DNA of 62,872 bases, the filler included, from Aduncisulcus paluster (taxonomy: Eukaryota), in NCBI GenBank assembly GCA_024181965.1. It is 3 parts of 3 records of this genome, joined end to end, with 100 filler letters (N's around TTAATTAATTAA, not from the genome) between each part and the next. Parts side by side here need not be neighbours in the genome. Positions count along the whole stretch, not along the records: positions 20,835 to 43,610 come from BQXS01012647.1; 2 more parts are not named here. One strand, written 5' to 3'. Positions 23,237 through 34,300 of the stretch are shown here, piece by piece (within the stretch, counting starts at the first letter, position 1; every line of letters begins with the position of its first letter). Made by a program: the position numbers and the translations under genes. The notes beneath the pieces are model-generated. The model saw only the letters and a program-made list of their open reading frames with translations, was not told the origin of the DNA and made no database searches.

Positions 23237-24109
23237 TTATATTAAGGAATCATCAACTGTTGGCGAGATAGTTTCTTCAATAGAAGTTCCAGCGACGAGT
23301 TCAGCAACATCTGGTTGGGTTACAGTTGGAACAACAGAAGCTGCCTCAATTTCCATTTTTTTCTTTTTCTCGGCCTCTTTTTTCTCTCTTAAAATCCTTG
23401 TGTTTTGCTCTAAAAGCTTAGATTCGAGACGATTGAACGTGGTTTGACTCTCATGGAGAATCCTATAGCTTTGTCCGGCTAAGGCATAGTAATCTTGCAT
23501 CATTCTTACCAATTGAAGCGCAAAATGTCCGGATAAATGCTCGTCAAGGTCGTGAACCTTTGAAATATATTCGACTTGCATTCCAACATACTCTTCATGA
23601 ATGGGGTCAAATTTGGTTGTGATTTGTGCCGCCTTATCCGTTTTACCTTTTGTAACACAAATATCACGATCACGAGAAAGAGAATCGTGTTCCAATCTAA
23701 TTTTGTTGTATTTCTTCTTGAGACCAGCAATTTCATCAACTTGAGCCTGGACTTCTGAGAATTTTTTTCTCATTCCTTCCTCATATTTGGTAAAAAACTC
23801 ACGTTTAAAGACAACGAGCTTCTCTTCGACTTCAGCTATCGCCTCTAAACTAGATTTTAAAAATGACCCATCTTCAAAAACAGCAGATGTAGTAGTGGAA
23901 ATTTCACTCAAAGATTGCGCACTAGTCGCACTAGTTTGTGTTTCTTTTGCCAAACACATCTCAATTTTTGCAGAATAATCAGCGATAAGAGGTTGCAGAG
24001 TTCTGAACCGATCCACGGCATTTCTAAATTCAACAGGTTCAGTTTCTTTAGAAGCTGCCTTGAATTTTTGCAAAGTAGCTTGTTTAACTTGACGGAAGAA
24101 GGAACTCAT
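23237..24109 (-). CDS. BAR-domain protein (endophilin/amphiphysin-like)
   Basis: Start MSSFFRQVKQATLQKF (amphipathic helix) followed by a long helical bundle with KKYNKIRLEHDS. Confidence 0.75.
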   Translation of the reverse strand: MSSFFRQVKQATLQKFKAASKETEPVEFRNAVDRFRTLQPLIADYSAKIEMCLAKETQTSATSAQSLSEISTTTSAVFEDGSFLKSSLEAIAEVEEKLVVFKREFFTKYEEGMRKKFSEVQAQVDEIAGLKKKYNKIRLEHDSLSRDRDICVTKGKTDKAAQITTKFDPIHEEYVGMQVEYISKVHDLDEHLSGHFALQLVRMMQDYYALAGQSYRILHESQTTFNRLESKLLEQNTRILREKKEAEKKKKMEIEAASVVPTVTQPDVAELVAGTSIEETISPTVDDSLI

Positions 24110-24260
24110 TCTATATGTTAGCAAATCGAAGATTTCAAATCTTAACAAGTTGTTATTTGGCTTTTTTTGTCTACATCCCATTTTCCAACACAATTCTTAA
24201 TTTAGAGAATTATTTTCATTTTACAATTTTAATAATTATTGCATTACCATAATATCAAAA

Positions 24261-25844
24261 ATGAACATTTTCATGAGAGAAGTGAACAAGAGCGGTATTC
24301 CTTGTGTACCATGTTCTTGGGGTCGTTCTATTCCAGAAAGATCCACTTTACGATCTTGTCGGTGTCGTTTATGTTTTCATGTCGCATTTAATAATCCCTC
24401 CCGATGCTCAGAATGCAAAGCTCTGTTTTGTTCACATTGTGCAGATATTTGGAGGAAAACAAGTGGCCCAGAATGTCGTTGCTGTGGAAAGCCTTTATCT
24501 TTGGTTTATGATCCCGAAATAGATAGATTAACCTCTTCTACAATAGTTAAGTGTCCCAATCATGATAAAGAATTTCCTTTACAAACTTCCAAGGTTGTAT
24601 CTCATTTCAAATCGTACCATAAAGTTTCCAAGATCAAAGAATTCATTGATTCCAAACTGAAGGAAAAAGTGGAAATTGCGAAAGCTCCAAACCCCCATTC
24701 AAAGAAAATTCGTGATTCAAAATCCATTTTTTCGAAGCAAGGAGTTGTCAGGTGTCTAGAATTAATGCTTTATTCTTTGATTTCGCTATTGGGTCCCCTT
24801 TTATCTCTTTTCCTCCCAACTATTGGAAAAGGATTAGCTATTGCATTTTTCGTCAGTTATCTTGTTCTATCTTGGCTGTTTGTTGTCCTTAGTAGATTGT
24901 TTGGAGATTCTGCATGGGTATTTCTTGATCATCTCCTCTATCAAGGCCTTATTGGTACTCTTATGGCATTTTTTAAGCAACAGGCCTATATTGGTGGCTT
25001 TAAATTTGTATATTTATCGTTTTTTACGCCCTCTCTGGCTTTATTCTTCGGCTCCCTCGTCTTTTTGTTTTATCCGCCAGATTATTCTATTCTCTATGAT
25101 AATCCTAGAATGGTCAGGGGAATTATCCACGGAAGTGTCGTTTTCGTGCTATTATTGGCATGTTATATTGCATCATGGTGGGTTTTTGACATTCAAATTG
25201 ATCCGATATTGGATAGTTTTTCGTATTTCTACCATTGGCAAACCGCCATTGGTGCTGTTCTCGTCAATTTGATAATGAGCATCGAAATATCAGCTCTTGT
25301 AATATGTCATTACCACCTTCGAGACAAAGATGATGGAGAAAAATATGATACTTCAATCAAATCGGCAGCTACTCAATATTTCCATCCGTTCTGGATTATC
25401 CAATTTATGATATTGCCATTCGCTCAGTTTGGGGCCTTTGTTATTGGTCCTATCCTTATTGGAGTCATAATTGTGCTCGCTTTGATTGTTANNNNNNNNN
25501 NNNNNNNNNNNTCATGGTGGGTTTTTGACATTCAAATTGATCCGATATTGGATAGTTTTTCGTATTTCTACCATTGGCAAACCGCCATTGGTGCTGTTCT
25601 CGTCAATTTGATAATGAGCATCGAAATATCAGCTCTTGTAATATGTCATTACCACCTTCGAGACAAAGATGATGGAGAAAAATATGATACTTCAATCAAA
25701 TCGGCAGCTACTCAATATTTCCATCCGTTCTGGATTATCCAATTTATGATATTGCCATTCGCTCAGTTTGGGGCCTTTGTTATTGGTCCTATCCTTATTG
25801 GAGTCATAATTGTGCTCGCTTTGATTGTTAAATATGAGAAATAG
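24261..25844 (+). CDS. RING/TRAF-type zinc finger + multi-pass membrane domain (BI-1-like); true length ~414 aa after removing the gap duplication 25173-25491 = 25512-25830
   Basis: CRLC...CSEC...FCSHC...CRCC then VKCPN, followed by ~7 hydrophobic helices. Confidence 0.75.
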   Translation: MNIFMREVNKSGIPCVPCSWGRSIPERSTLRSCRCRLCFHVAFNNPSRCSECKALFCSHCADIWRKTSGPECRCCGKPLSLVYDPEIDRLTSSTIVKCPNHDKEFPLQTSKVVSHFKSYHKVSKIKEFIDSKLKEKVEIAKAPNPHSKKIRDSKSIFSKQGVVRCLELMLYSLISLLGPLLSLFLPTIGKGLAIAFFVSYLVLSWLFVVLSRLFGDSAWVFLDHLLYQGLIGTLMAFFKQQAYIGGFKFVYLSFFTPSLALFFGSLVFLFYPPDYSILYDNPRMVRGIIHGSVVFVLLLACYIASWWVFDIQIDPILDSFSYFYHWQTAIGAVLVNLIMSIEISALVICHYHLRDKDDGEKYDTSIKSAATQYFHPFWIIQFMILPFAQFGAFVIGPILIGVIIVLALIVXXXXXXXSWWVFDIQIDPILDSFSYFYHWQTAIGAVLVNLIMSIEISALVICHYHLRDKDDGEKYDTSIKSAATQYFHPFWIIQFMILPFAQFGAFVIGPILIGVIIVLALIVKYEK

Positions 25845-26162
25845 ATGTTATTTGTGTTATTACAATGGACTAGTAATAAAGTTAATTGTGGAATATTTAT
25901 TGCCTTTTTATTTCGAAATAGCCCTATTCGAAAAACCCCTATTGTCTGCTATATAGAGAGAGAACAAATAATTCAACTTAAATAAAAGAATAAAATATAA
26001 TAGTTATGTAGATTAGACTTTTTCTTGGCAGATATATCGGGAAAAGATACATCTAAGGAGCTAGCCTAATACAAAATATGGCCACGGTTGAACAAAACAA
26101 CCTGGTTGTTAGAACCAACATAAAAATATTGACACTAGCTTTTCAAATCATTTCGACTTAAA

Positions 26163-27590
26163 TGGCGAGTTTAACTAAGGCAAGAAAAAGAAGAAAATGG
26201 AAACAATCATCGGGTCTATTTTGGGTTTGAGTTAGTGAAGCTAAGCATAATGGATTCAACATTTGCAATAAAATTAATAAATAATGTTCATTTGTGAACT
26301 GGAATAAATTTATTATATAGTGATAAATTGACAATTTGAGCAGATAATTTTTGAATCTATTACAAGTATATCAATTTAGTAGATTCACTAGTAGTGGATA
26401 ATTATTTGTTGTAGCGAATATGATATGTACAAATTCAACATTCATATGGCCCTGTATTTTCATGCAATAGATTTTTCCGGCAACCGAAGTTCACGGCTTC
26501 TTTTTGGATGCTTTGAAGATAAAGAAGCAAAAGAAGAAAATGGAAACAATCATCGGGTCTATTTTGGGTTTGAGTTAGTGAAGCTAAGCATAATGGATTC
26601 AACATTTGCAATAAAATTAATAAATAATGTTCATTTGTGAACTGGAATAAATTTATTATATAGTGATAAATTGACAATTTGAGCAGATAATTTTTGAATC
26701 TATTACAAGTATATCAATTTAGTAGATTCACTAGTAGTGGATAATTATTTGTTGTAGCGAATATGATATGTACAAATTCAACATTCATATGGCCCTGTAT
26801 TTTCATGCAATAGATTTTTCCGGCAACCGAAGTTCACGGCTTCTTTTTGGATGCTTTGAAGATAAAGAAGCAAAAAACAATAAAAACGATCAAAAACAAG
26901 GTCTATTTTGGGTTTGAGTTAGTGAAGCTAAGCATAATGGATTCAACATTTGCAATAAAATTAATAAATAATGTTCATTTGTGAACTGGAATAAATTTAT
27001 TATATAGTGATAAATTGACAATTTGAGCAGATAATTTTTGAATCTATTACAAGTATATCAATTTAGTAGATTCACTAGTAGTGGATAATTATTTGTTGTA
27101 GCGAATATGATATGTACAAATTCAACATTCATATGGCCCTGTATTTTCATGCAATAGATTTTTCCGGCAACCGAAGTTCACGGCTTCTTTTTGGATGTGG
27201 CGAGTTTAACTAAGGCAAGAAAAAGAAGAAAATGGAAACAATCATCGGGTCTATTTTGGGTTTGAGTTAGTGAAGCTAAGCATAATGGATTCAACATTTG
27301 CAATAAAATTAATAAATAATGTTCATTTGTGAACTGGAATAAATTTATTATATAGTGATAAATTGACAATTTGAGCAGATAATTTTTGAATCTATTACAA
27401 GTATATCAATTTAGTAGATTCACTAGTAGTGGATAATTATTTGTTGTAGCGAATATGATATGTACAAATTCAACATTCATATGGCCCTGTATTTTCATGC
27501 AATAGATTTTTCCGGCAACCGAAGTTCACGGCTTCTTTTTGGATGCTTTGAAGATAAAGAAGCAAAAAACAATAAAAACGATCAAAAACA
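26163..27590. repeat. Four tandem ~345-bp near-identical copies of the 3' end/3' flank of the 27526-28896 gene
   Basis: GTCTATTTTGGGTTTGAG recurs near 26215, 26557, 26901 and 27249. The junctions differ between copies. Confidence 0.9.
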
Positions 27591-28896
27591 AAGGTAAAAA
27601 AATGAAACACGCCACACTAAACACAGCGATTAGGATACTAAACAACAAAATAATGGTATGATTTAAAAGATAATTTCCATCTTCGTCTTCAAACCTCCAA
27701 TATTGTTTAATGATAGAAGAAATCGAAATTTCATCGAAACTAAGCGATTCGAGGAGTGTTCCATTGTTATTGAAAGCGACGACACAAACAAAAAACGTTG
27801 ACAACATATCAGCTAGAAAGATTCCAATAATCATTTGTTTATGGAATAGTTTCTCAATGGGATCCAAATTTAGATCATCCAATTCAGGTGGGAAATAGAT
27901 CAATATAAGGACAGATACACCGATGCTGCATATAAATCCAATGATACCGTGACAAATAACATTTCGAGCAAAATCTCTTCTACAATCATCTGAACTAACG
28001 TGTCTAAGCCTATCTTCCCTGAAGAAATCTTTGGATATAGGGAGAAAGAGATGTGTAAGTGAATGGACTAAGAAAGTGATACCTGGAATCGTAAAAGTGA
28101 GTAAAAATGTTTTATATCCGCCATAAAAGTTATTTAATCGTAAGTATGCAAATAGGACGGATAAAACAGACCCGATAGCAAGTTGGATGGGAATTAAGAA
28201 GAATGAAACTTTGTGTTCTACTAAATTATCCATAAATGTTAATGTAACACACACTCCTAGAAGGAAAACGACAATGGCAACGATAGCGAGCCATTTTGGA
28301 ATATGAGAATAAGCAAGGGACAATCCACATGGGAAAAGCAAATATATTGAGAACATGAAGAATAAACCAAACAAAAACAGCGAGAAAGAGGCCCGAGGAC
28401 TGGATGAGGATTGATGGGTTGAAGTATTAGGATCAGAGTAACATGGAAAACAACATGATTTCTTTTCTTCTTCAGATTGGTGGATATCACCACTGGGAGG
28501 TGGAATTGGCTTGACAATTTCAGGTTCAACGTCGGCTTTTTTCCTGAATTTTTTAACTCCTCTTGGAGTCAAAGGATATATCTTTCCTGGTGTATCTGGA
28601 TCGGCAATGGAAATATCTTTAAGAACTGTTGCTGCTTCAAAATCGGGGTGAGTTGTCAAGGGTGCATGGCAATATTTACAATTTGAATCAAATGATTCCT
28701 TCCACAACTTTGCACAATGGGAGCAAAATAAAGCATCGCAGCTTGAGCATCGACAAGGATTATTATAAGCGACATGAAGACATAATTTACATCTATGTGC
28801 TTTTAAAATTCCAACGTCAGTTGAATTGATTCCAAATAAAGGAGTAATAAGAGGTAGAGAATATTGTTTTTGGAGGGCTTCAATAAAAATATTCAT
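27526..28896 (-). CDS. RING/TRAF-type zinc finger + multi-pass membrane domain; paralogue of 24261-25844 (456 aa)
   Basis: Shared MNIF start, RCxLCxHVAxNNPxRC, ALFCSHCA, GG(F/Y)K, HG and (W/K)QxxIG motifs. Confidence 0.8.
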   Translation of the reverse strand: MNIFIEALQKQYSLPLITPLFGINSTDVGILKAHRCKLCLHVAYNNPCRCSSCDALFCSHCAKLWKESFDSNCKYCHAPLTTHPDFEAATVLKDISIADPDTPGKIYPLTPRGVKKFRKKADVEPEIVKPIPPPSGDIHQSEEEKKSCCFPCYSDPNTSTHQSSSSPRASFSLFLFGLFFMFSIYLLFPCGLSLAYSHIPKWLAIVAIVVFLLGVCVTLTFMDNLVEHKVSFFLIPIQLAIGSVLSVLFAYLRLNNFYGGYKTFLLTFTIPGITFLVHSLTHLFLPISKDFFREDRLRHVSSDDCRRDFARNVICHGIIGFICSIGVSVLILIYFPPELDDLNLDPIEKLFHKQMIIGIFLADMLSTFFVCVVAFNNNGTLLESLSFDEISISSIIKQYWRFEDEDGNYLLNHTIILLFSILIAVFSVACFIFLPLFLIVFIVFCFFIFKASKKKP

Positions 28897-29552
28897 CGTC
28901 TATAATTTATGGGAATTATGAAGAAAATTTTAAGATATAATGGTAAAATGGTTTTGTATTATGTTGTTTGCAGTCAAAAACCTTCTACAAGGGGTAATTT
29001 TGTCGGGAAGGGGAAATTTTGGGAATACATTTATGTTTATAAAGTATATCTCGATTTTATATCGTGATAATATGTTTGAGCTGGATAGAATTATTGCAAA
29101 CACTTCTGGTTTTCGTCAGAGTGATCTTGTTCTCAATATGACCACTCCAACTGAATTGAGTGAAAAGAAAATCAAGAAAATTAACGAAATGAACTGAGAA
29201 ATCGTTGTTAAACTTGGCTAAAATCTCATTCTAAGGTTGGCTCGAAAGCTGTCAATCTGTCATTTCGAAAAAAAAAAAAAAGACTGAGTGATAATTAAAT
29301 TTCACGTTAAATAAGTTTACTCTATTGAAGGACTTCTTATATATTGATAAAATCATGATTTGAGGGTATAGAATTCAAATGAATATCAAGATAATTCATA
29401 AGATTGATGAACTTCTTTATAGAAAGATTATAAACAATCAAAGTCGACAATCAATTATTAAGAGGTGTTATTTCGAAGAAAGGAATATATTCTATTGACA
29501 TTATTCATGCATTAACAATAAAAATAAAAAATAAAAAACTTAAACCATCAAC

Positions 29553-31088
29553 TCATTCAATCCATTTATATTCTCTTTTTCCTTTACAAATAGCAGATAA
29601 AACGTATCTTCCGGACACTCTTTTCCTTGGTATTGGAACATAATCTTCTTCTTCACATTGAATGCGTTCCTTTGTAACATTATCGCGATAATCCTCAGCG
29701 GTCATCTCTTCTTGTTCGAGGGGATATTTCAAGACACCACGATCAACCACACCGGAGATATCAGTGTGGGATTGTCGAATAACATACATGGAGGCTGTAA
29801 ATCCAGAACCATACGAGAAAACAAGGATCTCATTTCCTATTTTGGCGGAGAGATGTTCTAATTTTGGATCATGAGAATCTTCTTCTTTATCTTCATCAGA
29901 TAAAGATGAGAGCAGTTGAGTGGCAATACCACTTGCGAGGGAGAGGAATATGGCAGCTGAGTAAGTGTTACCCACCATTGAAGAGAGAGCAAGAGCTGCG
30001 TTTAACTTATCAATCAATACAAGATCCTTCTTGACTTCTTTCACGCTGGCCCTTACTATATCTTTCGAGGTGACCCACTCTTTCATAACTGAAGAAGAGA
30101 GAGACGAGGAAGAGAGAGATGAAGAAGAGGAAGGAAGGCTATCCAACTTAACAAGAAGAGCATGGGCACGTTGCACCATCTTTGAGAAAGGGGTGTGGAA
30201 TAGAGATAGTGAGAAATCTTTCACTGTTTTAGAGGAATGAATTATTCTTTCATCGCCTGACCCTGACCCTGAGCCTGATCTTTGTTTCTTCTGCAATTCA
30301 ATATAACACATAAGACAGGCCTTCATGTAACACTCGACAGATAGCCGGCTTTCAACGAGTGGGAAGGGGGATGAAGGGCAGGGTTTATAAAAATCATACA
30401 TATGTTCACAAATACTAACGCGAGAAGGAAGAAGAGAGAGAGGTGCGTCTGATCCAATTAACATGGCAACTGCACCACATCCACCACTAGAAATATAGTT
30501 CTTATTGTCATACACAGCAGTATCCACAGCAACAACGACGGCATACTCATCGGAATGTTCAGGAAGCCGACACCAATCACAACATTCAAATAGAGCGCAT
30601 GAACCCCCATAACAAGCTGCAACAGAATCGTGACATTCGATAAAATGAAGGGAAGAATCGTCAGAGGATGAAAATGTTACAGGAGAGGACTTGATTTCAG
30701 AGTAATCGCTAGAAGAGGAGAAAAGGGGGAGTAAAAAGGTGGAAATGGGCTTGGCTCGATCAATTTGACTTTCAGTGCCAACAACCAGTTTTTTTATCTT
30801 GGTTTTATCAATCTTTATATTATCTAAAAGTTTTTTTGTTGCTGTCAGGGCTAAAGAATAGCAATCTTCGTCAGCATCCGGAGCACTCATTGATTTCTGG
30901 CCAAGACCAATAGTAATGTATCCTTCGGCAAATTCAAAGGCCTTTTCTTAGCATAAAAATGAAGACAATTAATCTTAAACTCAAAATCAAATCTATAGGT
31001 GGATATGATGAAAATACATACCTAATTGCCGATTGTCTACTTTGAATTTTGGCAATACTACTTCAATTCGGTGGATTCCAACGCTCAT
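29553..31088 (-). CDS. HMGCS: Hydroxymethylglutaryl-CoA synthase; exons 31088-31022 and 30946-29553
   Basis: Intron GTATGT(31021)...AAG(30947) gives MSVGIHRIEVVLPKFKVDNRQLEKAF...ITIGLGQKSM. Catalytic motifs VGTES, ACYGG, FHTPF, GNTYSA, FSYGSG. Confidence 0.92.
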
Positions 31089-31300
31089 TATTGTTATATG
31101 TTACCAAAACGTCGACTTTAAATTCCGAGGTTCAAATTGGGTATTACACCAGCTCCAATGCTCATTGTAACAAAGTTAAAATTATTTTTTAATTTATTGT
31201 AACAAAACTTTCTATTAATCAAGGTTTTGTCTATATTAACCCAACCAACGAACAAACGATTTTTTTTTTCTTGTTGCGCGGTAATTTGAATTGGGAACAC

Positions 31301-34300
31301 ATGAAAATGACAAAGCGAAATATTAGTCGTCCGTCTACTCGAGAAAGAAGGAGTAGAAGAGACAAGATATTACCTCCAATTGATTTATCCCAAACACCAC
31401 CATCTCCTCAGAGACCCTCTTCAAGTTTCGAATCCATTCCCTCAAATCCTTTACCAATTAGTGGATCTCCATATAGTGATGACGGACATTACCCTTCTAA
31501 AATTCATGGAACTCCAATAGTGCCATCACCTCCTGCTATCCCCCGAAAGAATCCCCCACGCCCTTCAACAGCATTTTCACAGCCAATATCCACGGATCCA
31601 TCCCGTCGCATGGCTCAACCTGTTGAATCTGGGACGGAAGATCTTGGGGCTGACCTTCAGGAACAATTAAGACAATTACAAGAATATCGAGAAACTGGGG
31701 CAAAAGTTATGGAGATAGAAAGGGAGAAATTATATTCCAGAGGTGGCAGTGAGGTTCGTAAAAGTGGTAGATTTTGTGATAGTGTTTTATCTCTATCTGT
31801 ATCCAAAGAGAGAAGAGGAGAGGAAGAGCTAATGGAATTTGATGAATTTGATGAAAATCAAAGACCTGGTTTACTGTTTGCCGATAGATTTGACACATTT
31901 GAAGAGGATGATTATCCAGATTCTCCTTGTCAGAAGAAAGGAGAGAGTGACGGTGGTGTTATTGGATCTGGATTGGAGGAGGAAGGTGAAATTGTGCAAT
32001 CAAAACCTTCAATATCGCTCTCCTCTCTCCTCACAACACGTCTTGATTCCCTTTTAACCTTCCCATTTCTTAAGGAAGGATCCGTTCTTGATATATCGAT
32101 GGCTGAAGCTATACGTTCAAAGCTACGGTCTGCATGTCAGATTATAGTTGAAATTATTCACAAGAAACGTAGAGAGATGCAAGAACTCACAGATTTAGAT
32201 CAAAAGGGTCTGCAAGATGATATTTCCTCAGATATAATTGTTGAGAAAGATGAGAAGAAATTCATTGTCCAATTAGCTAACCTGTATTGTCATTCAGATA
32301 TTTCTATTTTATACGATTTATTAACAAAGGAGACAAGAGAATCCTTTTATAAACGTTTGCTGTTTTCATATGAAGAGATTGGGAAATGTTTAAAAATGGC
32401 TTCAAAAGCTAAACATATATCTAAAACAAAAGCAAAATCATCTGTTCGAACTGATTTAAACTCTGTTCGATTCCTTTCATACCATTTACATCTCATGTAC
32501 TTGCTGTCATTTGATAATTATTCACATTTATCTCGTTTAAATGCATTTTTATACTCATATTCTAAAAATAGAGATAATATTCCACCGATTTATAATCTAA
32601 AATTAGAATTTCCTGTTATTTTCTCTCTCTCAAATGATTATTCTCTTGCTCCTATTATCGATATGATCAAAATGTTCGTTTTGATTGGACATCAATGTTT
32701 AATGGTGCTACCAGGGTTTGAACCAGCGACCTATGATTCAGGAAGGAAGGGAGAAAGAGAGGAGAAAGAAGAAACTGAGGAGTATAAAGACCATGATAAA
32801 TTGACCGATATCGGATCTCTTAGAGCTAAAATAAGCCATAATTTCTCCTTGCTTCCTTCGAATGTTCAATCAGCCTTCAAACAAGCTGTCAGTGAATTAA
32901 CTGTTGCAAAACAATTGGAAGAAGACCAAAGAAGAGAGGAAGAGAGGATTGAAATGGAAGAATACTACCAAGAATCTGAAGAACAAGCGGGAGAAGAAGA
33001 GAGAGAAAGAGGTCATGTAAAGTTTGATGATTTGGATATTTCAAAGCTTTATAATGCTGTGTTGGGAGCTATTATTGGAGACATTGAAACGACATTCTTT
33101 GATGTCTATATCTTTGGTAATGCATGTATTAAGACAATTGCTACTTTTTCACAGCAATCTTTAGGTTACATTACACACCTTGACCTCCTCCATTTTTCAT
33201 ATGATGGAAATATGGTATGTCTCTCAAAAGAAAAAGATCACGATGGATATCCACACGTGATTAAAGAGGAAGAAGAAGAAGAGGAATACTTAATTGGAAC
33301 CTCCATAGATAGTGGACTGGGTGGAAGAAATAATAGCATGAATGGGAATAACAGTAACAGTAACAGTAGTGGAAATACCACAAATACAAACACAAGTGAT
33401 GCATTTTCTGCCTCATCTCTTCCTTCTCTTCTCGTTAGTTCCTTTTTACTGCTATCTTTCCTCTCTCATCTTCCTCTCTCCGTGGAATGTGAGAGAATCA
33501 GTGCTTTGTCCAACCAATTACTCCATATTTGTCGTATATTATGTGAAATTACACCCAATGTGGGGAAGAAATTAGCTCTAACCAATCCGATATCTATTTA
33601 TATCCCTTATTCCTCTTCTGGACCGGTTTTGAGTCTTCAATCTTCACCTCCAACTCAACCCCAATGTATATCCTCTTCTTTCTTCGCCATTCACTTTCCG
33701 AATAATACAATATTTCGAGAAATCTGTCATTTATTGAACTCTAATTCCATCTGTTCCCATTTACCTGCCGTTGTATCTCTTTGTGGCCGTGTATTAAGTA
33801 AGGCTGCAGACTTGGATCCAAATGTATGCAATTATCTTACACTTGACGGCATTGTCGATGGGCTTGTAGTCGCTATATCTCGAGCTTCTGCAAGGCCTTT
33901 AAGACATTTTCATTCGTTAACCTCGAAAAGAACAAGCAAGCAGGTCATTCCTCCGGCTGTGCTGACTGACATCACATGTCTCATTCGTTTGTTATTCGTA
34001 TGTAATGTGTGTGCATCGAACGTGTCCACATGTGAGGGTTCAAGAAAGGAACTGAGAGAGAAAGAGAAGAGGGATCAACAGAAAGAGAGAGAGAGGAGAG
34101 AGAAGGAAGATAAAAGGAAGCAGAAATCTAAGTATTATTCCTCAAACTTTGATGAAGAAGAAGAGGAAAAAGAAGAAGAAGGAGGAAAGCGTGTTTTAAC
34201 AGGTCAATCCGATTCCTCAGATTTTATGTATTCCTCTTCTGACGACGATGATACTGATTTCCTGCATGTGGATAGTGATATAAATGCTGTCCAACATGAG

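Noticed and set aside
26163..27590. CRISPR array or small repeated ORFs (26435-26677, 27178-27369)
   Set aside because: Units are ~345 bp with no unique spacers and no cas genes. The ORFs are chance frames in duplicated 3' flank.
28940..29197. 85-aa ORF
   Set aside because: AT-rich, no motif, lies in the upstream region of the 28896 gene; not supportable as a gene.
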